Assembly (NCBI GenBank): GCA_049999805.1
Contig: JBNGIO010006282.1
Location: 44,202 to 64,201, forward strand
Direction of reading: 5' to 3'
Length of the DNA stretch: 20,000 nucleotides
Origin: Folioceros fuciformis
Taxonomy: Eukaryota
The notes beneath the pieces are model-generated. The model was not told where the DNA came from, searched no databases, and was given only the letters and a program-made list of their open reading frames with translations. Of the stretch, positions 10,698-20,000 are shown one piece after another. Made by a program: the position numbers and the translations under genes. Each line of letters begins with the position of its first letter. Positions within the stretch are counted from its first letter, which is position 1.

Positions 10698-10947
10698 GCC
10701 CATTGCGGTCTACACTGCATACTCGAAGACTCCACTTTCTGGCCTTCACTGGGTTCTGCCGAGACGAAACTCGGGACAGATTCGGTCCTCTCAAGTCAAT
10801 GAGGAACTGGAAGACGGCGTTCGCCCATTGCGGTCTACACTGCATACTCGAAGACTCCACTTTCTGGTCTTCACTGGGTTCTGCCGAAACGAAACTCGGG
10901 ACAGGTTCGGTCCTCTCAAGTCAATGAGGAACTGGAAGACGGCGTTC
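10698..10947. repeat. 125-bp tandem duplication in the LecRK promoter/5'UTR; each copy carries a W-box
   Basis: Units 10698-10822 and 10823-10947 differ at 3 positions. AGTCAA (TTGACT on minus) at 10794-10799 and 10919-10924. Confidence 0.93.
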
Positions 10948-11881
10948 CAAACACTTCTTTATCCAGCGAACTTGTCGCCTCGTTTGACACTAGTGGTACA
11001 GTACTTCCCTTGGAAAGAAGGCAAGCAATGCCAAATAGAATCTCGCGCCATGTTCAAATAGTGCCATATTCAAGTGATTCTTTGACGCCGCACTCATACC
11101 GAAACCCTACCTACCGAAACCAAATCCATTGTTTAGCCCAGATATCCAAGATCACACGCAGTGTCCAGGTCTGACAAGGTAAAATGCTCACCCGGTTCTC
11201 AGTGCGTACAGTTGCCTGGACGAGGACTCGCCATCTCTTGAAAACAGAAGCTATCCGTTCCTGCCATCAACCTGAGGAATGTAGTCTGGACAAGGGTTTC
11301 GGGCCTGCTACATCCTTCGAGTGGCCTCCGAAATCGGAACGGCGAAGTAAGTATGTAACAAGTGTTGTTGGACACAAGAAGTAGACGGTCTCGACGTCCT
11401 GGAGAACCATCCCTGCTGGCCCCTATGCTGCCGGACCCCTTTGTCTGTGGCCCTGTCTGTACTTCAGCTCAGACAGTGGCCATGCAAATTTCCTGTCCAC
11501 GTTGAACTCCTTGCCGGCCAGCCAGCTGTCGCGCAGCGCCACTGCGCCCGCAGCCGTGGTTTTGATCAGATTTCGCAGCTCGTACACGACTCCGGTACGC
11601 AACAGGGGCGATCGAGGAAGGCGGGACGGGGCCCGGGCCCTGACCCAGGCCCGCTCCAGTTCTGTCCCGGCACTCGAATTCCGAGTGCCGCCACTCCCTA
11701 TTTCACGATGAGCTGGTCCGACGGTCCGGTCATCTCCGGAGCCGGAGCCAGAGCCAGAGACGTACTGTGCACACGAAAGCAAAATCCAAAAAACTGCGTT
11801 ACGCTCATGAATTGTCCTTAGGGCTACTAATCTTAAATGGCCTTCACTTTATTGGAATCCATGCTATTTCACTCAATGCTT

Positions 11882-11896
11882 GAGAGAGAGAGAGAG
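11882..11896. repeat. (GA)n microsatellite
   Basis: GAGAGAGAGAGAGAG. Confidence 0.8.
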
Positions 11897-12157
11897 TTGG
11901 TGAGAGCGTAGGTGTACGTTAGCCTACCTTCAAATGCAGGTCTCAAGGGGATGCTGCCCTAATCGATGCCCCATGCGGCCCCAGGCCCCCAGGCGGCAGG
12001 AGCATTAGGTGAGAGATACACCATTTTCCTTGCCTATTTGTCAATCTCTTTCTAGAACGAGGTAGGAAATGAGTGGTCCATACTATCTCGGGGGAGCAAG
12101 TCCTCCACTCTATCCAAGGAATGATTGGCGACATTAGACAACAATGGAGTATATTTT

Positions 12158-12619
12158 CTTTCAGGCAACACTTGTCTGTCGATAACAACAGAAGATAATG
12201 TCAAATCAAGGACGCTAAAAAGGACCTTGCAGTCAGTCGTTCTTGCAGTCACCCAATCGGCCTATCAAGACCGACTAATGCTTCTACACCGATGACTTGA
12301 AATGTTCCACACTTGATAGATCGACGTTCAGAGTAAGTGCCCGATTGGTGAAGGCACTCGCGAGTTTGAGTGCATGATGTACGTGGAATATAGAGCCTAA
12401 TAGTGTTCATGGCGTCGTGATCCATCCGTAAACAAATTATGTCGTCCGTAGAGTTAATCTCATACGATGCTTGGATGGATGCATGGCCATAAGGACACCA
12501 CTAGCATGCATCCCCATATGCCGGTGCATCCCGTGGTAACGAGCAACCGGAATATGAGTGGCACGGCCACGTATGAAGACACACACGCATTAATAACCTG
12601 ACGAGTTTTAGGAATCGGG
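12158..12619. repeat. Direct repeat copy B; diverged copy of 7528-7943
   Basis: Colinear with copy A throughout, same orientation, offset ~4.63 kb. Confidence 0.92.
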
Positions 12620-12976
12620 AAGAAGTAGGGATAGTTCTCGACCATTTGCATTCGCATTTGCTTGCTGAACCGTGGTGTAGCTAACCCACGAGCGGGTACA
12701 GACAGGCTTGTGCTTGCCCATGTGCCTCCCGATTGCGATGTCACGGCTAAACTTCCTCATTGGCTACTTTGCAGAGTCATGATATCTGTGGTAGACATCA
12801 TGACAAGAGGTCAAGCTCGGAGGCCATCTGTCTCCTCATGGACCACTCTGTTTCCAGCCATCCAGGGGAAGTTCAACCTCCTCTACCATACTCTGCTTTT
12901 GCAAGCGCTTGCCTGTTCAGCATGATTGATCCACCACTAACCCGATCCTGACTGACATGGGTCCCTCGATCACAAG

Positions 12977-13105
12977 TACTCTTTGGTCACCAGACATGAG
13001 TCTCGAGACGAGACTCATGTCTCAGTTATTCTTTGGTCACCAGACATGAGTCTCGAGATGAGACTCATGTCTCAGTTACTCTATGGTCATCAGACATGAG
13101 TCTCG
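12977..13105. repeat. 50-bp tandem array (~2.6 copies) of a 14-bp-stem hairpin
   Basis: Unit TA(C/T)TCTTTGGTCACCAGACATGAGTCTCG-AGA-(C/T)GAGACTCATGTCTCAGT. AGACATGAGTCTCG and CGAGACTCATGTCT are exact reverse complements (12992-13022). Confidence 0.92.
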
Positions 13106-13937
13106 TCTTCATCAGGCTTGAGAAGTACTTTGAGGTAAGAATTATCCGTAGACTGTGTTGAACAAGGCCTCTCTTCGGAACTTGCAAGATAGCGACTCTC
13201 ATTAGGCAGGGCTTTCAGTTTGGACAATCTTGAAAGTAGGTGTAACCCGATTCTTCGTCGAGCTGCGGCCAGCTGCTGACAAATCATCCTAGCTTGTACC
13301 CACTGTTGCAGCGCCATGCCACTCCACCTCACCAGTAATGTGAATGTTGGACCATCTCTTTTTAGTGGTCTTGTCCACACACACGTCTGGCACCTCACAT
13401 GGTATGCTTTGCCCCTAGCAACCCTAGACATCGTGTGAAGGTATACTGAAAGAGCTGGTGTTCGTTTCTGCTTGCTCAGGCTGCTTGCAACATTGTACAA
13501 TGTGTCTAGGTGCTACCTTGACACACTGATAGAGCCATGCAACACTGTAGATCTTGTCTGTCTAAACCTTCTTTGCACAGCTATGCGCGGCGTTAGGGAC
13601 TGCGCGCAGAAGAGCAGACACAATAGGGCGTTGAATCCCAGGGTTACGCCACACCAACCTGCATCCCTCTCTGGTTTGCTGAAATTTAGTGGTGACCAAC
13701 TCATTGGGACTCTTGAAGACTTCAAAGGTTGAGACACTCAGATTCCGTTCTCCTTTGCTGAACTTACCCTGGAAATACTCGCTTACATCACACCAAAAGA
13801 CTTGCACTTCAAAACCAACCTCCACATCCACTCAGCAGCTAGCGTTCTCCCTAACTAGTGCCTAGCAACAAACAGCTCGTTGTACAAAGGTTCCATATAC
13901 AACTCCTGGCCCTAGAACAAATCATAATGGTTTGCTC

Positions 13938-14263
13938 GTCCTTCAAGTGGGACACCTATCTAAGGTACCACGAGCAACTCGCAGGACAAAGACAATCTAC
14001 AGAAGGCAGTCATTCCAAAAGTAAGGCATCCAGTGTGGTACAATGGTTTTGCTTCTGGCGGGGAGGAAGGGGGCAAATCCCCGTGAAGAAGAAGAACATC
14101 TACAACAGGGTCTTCGAAGCAATTTCATGTAGATTTTGTAGCCTTGGTCACTCGCAGCACTCGGTCAACAGCATCTCGGAAACCAAAATAGGAGTGACCA
14201 GTGAGTTATGCAAAATGCTTTGATTCTTAGGAGGCATGATCCGCCAACATCCCAAGTTGAGGA
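13938..14263 (+). pseudogene. Pseudogenised duplicate of PAT exon 10 plus ~70 nt of 3'UTR (source 2633-2948)
   Basis: [57 protein letters not shown]. Extra AAG codon, 1-bp deletion (GGGGTC to GGGTC), GAG to TAG, TGG to TAG and a small insertion; no AG acceptor; no upstream exons recognisable. Confidence 0.93.
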
Positions 14264-14510
14264 AATAATTATTTCCCCTAAAGCGGGGCAAGATGCTAGA
14301 TTGAGCTATGATAATTGAATTGCTTAAGCGAGAATGCTGTACATACAGTGTCTGAGATGCGGTTGTAACCGCACTACTATCGAGTGCTATCGTAACCAAC
14401 AGAACTGCTCTTCAGCAACTAAAACATTTATCTAGCTATGCACAAAACATGCCCTAATAATTCTTGGGTACTAAAGCCCAATCCATGGCGCCAGAGTTTC
14501 TACTCCAACA
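14255..14510 (-). repeat. Probable 3' LTR of copia element 1 (~256 bp)
   Basis: Starts TGTTGGAG at 14510 (minus) directly after the polypurine tract GAGGGGGAG (14519-14511); ends ...TTCCTCAAC(T) at 14255 where TCAACA is expected. The far boundary is inferred. Confidence 0.65.
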
Positions 14511-14638
14511 CTCCCCCTCGCTGCGGATTCCAGATTGCTGTGATGGCGTCAATCTCCCAATCCGTGGCACCAGAGTTTCTACTCCAACACTCCCCCTCGC
14601 TGCGGATTCCAGCTTGCTATGATTGCGTCAATCTCCCA
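14477..14638. repeat. 79-bp tandem duplication spanning the PPT/3'LTR junction
   Basis: Units 14477-14555 and 14556-14634, bounded by CCCA microhomology; each contains TCCAACACTCCCCCTC. Confidence 0.9.
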
Positions 14639-17469
14639 CACGTGTCTCAACCTCATCCTCGATCTTCCAGGTGCAGAGGTGGAAGGTCGAAGTAGGATGC
14701 TGGTAGTGGTGGAGCAGAGTCGTGCTGACAGAGCTAAGGAGCTCCCCCTTTTTGTGCACCCCAGGAGCTGCGAAGGGGATGCTCAGATAAGATTCTCTGC
14801 TCACCAGTCCGATACCTTCAGTATGCTTGTCATGAAGTGGCTTGGGTAGGCCCTTCGTTAGCAAATTGGCGGTGTTGTCATTCGTGTTGATGTAGCTTAA
14901 GGCGACTTGCTTGTTGGCCATCACTTGCTGAATGAAGTGGTGCTGGATCTCCATGTGCTTGGTCCTTGCGTGCAGCATAGGGTTGAATGTCATGGCTATG
15001 GCCGATAGATTGACGCCGAATAGTTGTGTGGGCTGATCCTATGTGTCCTGTCCTCGCCTATATCATGCAAGAATTGCCTCACCCACAGAATCTCCTTGGC
15101 TGCCAACGTTGTTGCCACATACTCCGCTTCCGTTGATGAGGTACAGATTGTTTGCATCTTCTTGCATGCCCATGACATTGTACAGCCATTGATGGTTGTG
15201 CAATAGGGTGCTGTACATCTTCTCACATCTGGATCTCCCGCCCAATCTGAGTTTGAGAAGGAGATTAGAGTGAGCTTGGTAGAGCGGTCACCTGTGTAGA
15301 TGAGTCCAAGGGACTTGATCTTCTTTAGGTAGCGAAGGATGCGCTTGACGTAGGTCCAGTGAGCCTTCCCGGGGTTCGACAAATATCTGGATACCACGTT
15401 CACAGCTTGTGCAACGTTGAGTCTTGTCCAGATTGAGAGGTAAAGTAGGCTGCCTACGGCCTCGTTGTACAAGATGGCTGACATCTCCATTGATTCTTCA
15501 GGTGTACTAGGGAAGTCTACTGCAGATACCTTCTCTCCTTATGCCACTGGAGTTGATACGGGCTTCGCGTCCTTCATGTTGAATCTCTCCAGCAATTGAT
15601 TTACATAATGTTCTTGATGGATGAAGAAAGAGTGGTTCTCCTTGTTGTGTTCGAACTGTACCCCTAGTGCATACCGTAGGGGTCCCGTGTCTACAACGTC
15701 ATACTCCTTTGACATGAGGTCTTTTACATACTGGATAATCTTGGGATTGTCTTAATAAACGAAGTTCTCGACAATGTACAGTGTGACTTTGTCACACTTT
15801 GACAAGTTTGCAAACTTGTCCTTTGTTCTCAGAATGTAGACGTTGGTGTCGGAGATGAGGGAAATGAAATCGCATTTCTTCATGTATGTGTCCATAGTTT
15901 CGTTCCATACTTGTGCAGATTGCTTAAGTCCATAAATGGACTTGAGTAGTTTGCACACTTTTCTGCTATCCTTGATGAAGCCTAGTGGTTGAAGCATATA
16001 GATATCTTCGTGTAGTGTGCTATACAACAATGTTGTTTTTACATCTACCTGGTGGATGTGCAGGTGATGATGGGCTGCGAAGGCTAGCAGTATCTTCATT
16101 GAGGTTGTCTTTGCCACAGGGCTGAACAGTCTGTTCTCCTCATAATCAAAGCCTTGTACCTAGGTGAAGCCACGAGCTACCAGCCTGGACTTGTACCTCG
16201 AAACAGTCCCATCAAGGTTGAGTTTTCTTCTCAAGGTCCATTTACAAGAGATTGGTTTGCGTCCAGCAAGTAGGTCGGTGAGGTTCCAAGTATTATTGGC
16301 AATTAAGGAGTCGTATTCAGACTAGACAGATGCCTTCCATTGGGGCATACTAAGGTCTTCTTCTATGCTTGCAGGTACATCTTGCATTTCAATTGCTAAA
16401 AGAGCTTGATGTAGAGCAAGCTGGACTAGGTCTGCGTTGTTGGGCTGGGCTTGAGCATGAACTGGTGCTTCTACAGGTGGAACGGTTGCTTGACGAGAAA
16501 AAGAATCTCTAGGGACGGAGGGTGAATTTTTCCATATATGGCTTGGTGATCTATTGCGTGTGGAACGCCTTAGAGGAGGGGGTTAAGGTTCTGGCATGGG
16601 TACCTGGACTACTGGGACATGGTTCATGTCCAAGTCTTGGTTATCTATCACATGATGGTATGGCTAATCTAGAACTGCTGGTGCAGGTAGTTGTGGAGGA
16701 GGTAGTACCTGGGGCTGTACCTGAGCAACTAGAACATGTGGTGGTGCTTGGGCTACTAGAGTAGGGTACACAAGCTACTGGTTCTCCTCTTGGACTTGGT
16801 CGTTGTCGTAGAGTGTGGCCCCGAGCAAGAGGGGAATCCATGTGGAGACATGCTAGGAGCAGGGAGGGGGGATGATAGAGAGGCTACATAGGAGTTGAGC
16901 AGCAGGGATTCATGGAAGTGGACACTTCTGGAGAGTAGTACCTCACAGGTGGAAAGGTCAAAAAGGTGATATGCCTTGGCCTGATCTGAATATCCGACGA
17001 AGAGGAGTTTTCTACCCTTGTCGTCCCATTTACGTCTGCTTATGTCAGGGATGTGAGCAAATGCTTGACTGCCGAAGATTTTGATATGGGAGATCCGGGG
17101 CTTGTGCCCTGTCTAGCGCTCAAAGGGTGTGATGTTGGGCAGCTCTTTTGTGGGTAATCTATTCTTCAAATAGTTGAATGTTGCTACAGCCTCGGCCTAG
17201 TAGCCTTGAGGGAGCCCAAAAAGCTTGAGTATGGATCTAGACATCTCAAGAAGGGAGCGATTTAGTCGCTCGGCAAATGGGTTCTGGGCTAGTGTGTGAG
17301 GTATTGTGAGTTAGCGGAGAATCCCTTTGGATTTGCAGAAGTCCTGGAAGGCATGACTTGTGTACTCTCCTCCGTTGTCATTGCGGAGTATGCTGACCTA
17401 GAAACCAGTTTGCCTTTCTGCTGCTAGGAAAAATTCTTTGAAACATGTGAGTGCTTCATCCTTATGCCT

Positions 17470-17799
17470 TGAAACAAATCTACTTGCACACGATCAGACA
17501 CAAGTCGAGAGGAGACAACAATGCACGAAGCGTATATTGTTGAAATAGCACCACAGGCCTAGAAGGACTCCACAGTTTCTTACTTATGGTGCACAGGATA
17601 GCCTACATATATAGCTTCAGGCGGGGCAACCCTCGATAAGGTAAGCCTTAGTCTCGAGGGTGCAATATCCTAGTATATCCTGATATATCCTCATAACACT
17701 TAGGTGATAGATAACTACGAGTTCAATATGGGATAATCTACAGTATCCTAAGTGTTGTATGCTCTTAATAACAATTCAATTAGAGCTTGATTTCTAACA
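17470..17799 (-). repeat. 3' LTR of copia element 2 (~330 bp)
   Basis: Minus strand begins TGTTAGAAAT at 17799 right after PPT TTGAGGGGGAG, has TATA-like CTATATAT near 17610, and ends ...TTTGTTTCA at 17470 where copia-1 integrase coding resumes. Confidence 0.8.
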
Positions 17800-20000
17800 C
17801 TCCCCCTCAAGCTCAGACTATTTGTAACACTCCAAGTAGTTCACGAAAGTGTAAGAACTTATTTCTACCTAGCGACTTAGTAAAGATATCTGCTACCTAG
17901 TCTTCGGTCTTCACGTACCGAAGATCTATCTTCTCAGATAATACTGCTTCCCTGATGAAGTGATAATGTACTTCTATGTGCTTCGAACGAGCATGAAACA
18001 CAAGATTAGTAGCCAACCTCATGCTACTCATGTTGTCACAGTAGATTGTAACCTTGCTGTTCACTAGATTTCCAAGATCATGTAGCAACTTCTACAACCA
18101 AGCTGCTTCACAAGTTGCCATTGCAGCTCCTCGATACTCTGCTTTTGTGCTTGACAAAGCAACTGTCGATTGTTTCTCGCTTTGCCAACTGATCATACTA
18201 CTTCCCAGATTGAATGCATATCCACTGGTTGATCTTCTGTCATACACACAACCAGCCCAATCAGCAATTGTATATCCTGTCAGTTCAAGATGCTTCCTAT
18301 GCTCATAGAGCAATCCAAACTCAGTAGTTCCTTTCACATATCTCATGATTCTTCTAATTGCATCCAAGTGCGGTTTCCTTGGGTTCTGCATGAATTGACT
18401 AATCAGTCCCATTGCATAACTTAAGTCAGGACATGTGATAGTCAAGTAGATCAAACTTTCGACCATCTGTCGATACATAGTCACATTTTCCAGCTCAGCT
18501 CCTACATCCATTTGCAGCTTGACGTTTTGCTCCAATGGTGTATCCATCGCTTTGCAATCTGCCATGCCATACTTCTGCAATATATCCTTAGCATATTGTT
18601 TTTGGAATAGCCAGATTCCTTGAGATGTAGACACAACCTCAATTCCTATGAAGTATCTGAGTTCACCAAGATCCTTCACCTTGAACTCTTTTTGCAGATT
18701 CGCCTTGACATCTGCAATACCATCTGCATCGTCTCCTGCGATGATCAGGTCGTCAACATAAACGACAAGACACACTTGTACTACCTTGGTCTGTTTTACA
18801 AACAGACTGTGATCTGCGTCTCCAATCACAAACCCTCGCTCCTTCAAATAGCTTGTGATACAAGCATTCCATGCTCTAAGTGCCTGTTTGAGTCCATACA
18901 ATGCCTTCTTCAGTTTGCAGAGGTATGTTGGAAACTTAGGATGAACATAGCCTTCAAGTTGTTCCACGTTCACTTCCTCCTGCAACTCACCATTCAAGAA
19001 GGCATTCTTGACATCCATTTGCCATAACTTCCATCCTTTAGCTGCTGCTAATGCTATGACTGTCCTTACAGTTGTCATCTTGGCTACTGGACTAAAGGTT
19101 TCCTCATAATCAAGACCATACTGTTGTGCATATCCCTTTGCGACCAACCTGGCCTTGTAATGCTCCAACCTTCCATCTGACTTGAACTTCAGCTTGTACA
19201 CCCACTTAGAACCAATAGGAACCTTGCCATCAGGCAATTGAACCAAATCCCACGTTCCGTTCTCAACTAATGCTGAGTATTCTTCATCCATGGCTTGACA
19301 CCACTTACCATCTGTCACTGCCTCAGCAAACTTGGTTGGCTCCTTACAAGCTGTGACCCTTGTCATATACGCATAATGTTGCGCATTGTAGCTTGTATAG
19401 GTGTACCTGTCAATGGGTTTCCTAACCCTCTCAGATCTCCTTGGTCTTGGTTCATTTTGAACCTACCTTGCATATTGTTGCTCCTTAGCACCTGGCGTTT
19501 CCACAGACGGAATGCCAAACTCACTGTCAATGCTCTCACTACTTGAGGATTCATATCCCTCATTTCCAGTTTTGCTGCTTTCTACTCTCCCCCTCACTGA
19601 CATGTCCGGGTCAGTGGTCTTCGGTTTACCATTCCATAGTCTTCCAGACCATGGATTCACCGTTGGTGATCCACCATTGGTCACATCCTCACTCTTTGCT
19701 GGAGTACTCTTAATAGTACTCTCCCCTGTGGGTTCGTCATAGGGTAGTGCAACTGAGTTGCTATACCATGAGGCTAACTCATCAAATACCACATCCCTGC
19801 TTATCAGGATCTCATGTGTGGATGGCACATAACACTTATATGCCTTCCTAGTTCGTGCATACCCCAGAAAAACACTCTTCACTGCTTTAGGATCCAGCTT
19901 CCTACGCTTCTCATCAGGTACATGCACATATGCAATGCACACAAACACTTTCAAGTGTTGAGTTATCGAGCTCTATATGAGCTAAACTCATGTGGTGTTA
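17470..20000 (-). mobile_element. Ty1/copia LTR retrotransposon 2, nested in the copia-1 integrase; continues past the right edge
   Basis: Integrase C-terminus (AYVHVPDEKRRKLDPKA..FLGY..SRDVVFDE, 19954-19463); RT 19366-18092 (GSKWVYK, YKARLVAKGY, QMDVKNAFLNG, ALYGLKQA, YVDDL, ADWAG, LSSTKAEY); RNaseH tail (CDNMS, HARSKHIEVHYHF, ED*VADI). Few frameshifts and stops, so younger than copia 1 but likely non-functional. Confidence 0.95.

Larger units (their letters stand above)
14255..17469 (-). mobile_element. Degenerate Ty1/copia LTR retrotransposon 1 (INT-RT-RNaseH-PPT-3'LTR); 5' part displaced by a nested insertion
   Basis: Integrase RHKDEAL..LRNDNGGEY..QNPFAERLNR..*AEAV (17469-16950); RT CKW..YKSRLVARGFT*VQGFDYEE, QVDVKT, LLKSIYGLKQSAQVWN, VGSLLYL; RNaseH NSDWAGD, SSTEAEY, HARTKHMEIQHHFI, ANLLTKGL. 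Many stops and frameshifts. Confidence 0.93.

Noticed and set aside
8254..10927. Plus-strand and alternate-frame ORFs overlapping LecRK
   Set aside because: Antisense or shadow ORFs expected from GC-rich coding sequence; no independent motifs.
11102..11109. Telo-box AAACCCTA upstream of LecRK
   Set aside because: A single 8-mer without an associated site II element; could occur by chance.
7528..12619. Direct repeats A and B as LTRs of a LecRK-carrying retroelement
   Set aside because: No TG..CA termini, PBS, PPT or TSD, and the LecRK retains an intron.
13090..13930. ORFs between the hairpin array and the PAT copy
   Set aside because: No recognisable protein family in the frames examined and no consistent splice model; left unannotated.
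14273..14299. Helitron 3' end (CCCC-TAAAGC-GGGG...CTAG) explaining the captured PAT exon
   Set aside because: The stem is only ~4 bp, CTAG is followed by A rather than T, and the segment fits inside the copia LTR.

Overview
Eukaryotic genomic DNA, most likely a compact non-seed land plant (short 90-160 nt introns, GC-rich exons; organism is inference only). Left to right: (1) the first two exons of a minus-strand AAGAB/p34 (Irc6)-like adaptin-binding gene, head-to-head across ~290 bp with (2) a complete 10-exon DHHC protein S-acyltransferase resembling Arabidopsis PAT17 (599-2876, 383 aa, intron 2 probably GC-AG); (3) a decayed Sola-like/DUF7869-type DNA transposon with subterminal tandem repeats and a 10-N assembly gap (~3.6-7.5 kb); (4) an intact two-exon L-type lectin receptor kinase (10602-8001, 820 aa) with an arabinogalactan-like Ala-Pro stalk, altered lectin metal-site residues, a 125-bp promoter duplication and ~0.4-kb diverged direct repeats on both sides; (5) a mosaic segment (12.1-14.3 kb) holding the second direct repeat, a tandem hairpin array and a pseudogenised copy of exactly the last PAT exon; (6) an old minus-strand Ty1/copia element (14.26-17.47 kb) whose integrase is interrupted by a younger nested copia running off the right edge. 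I see no convincing new biological system; the most interesting signals are the lectin-AGP-kinase chimera and the local rearrangement and repair scars. All family calls come from motif recognition by eye, not database searches.
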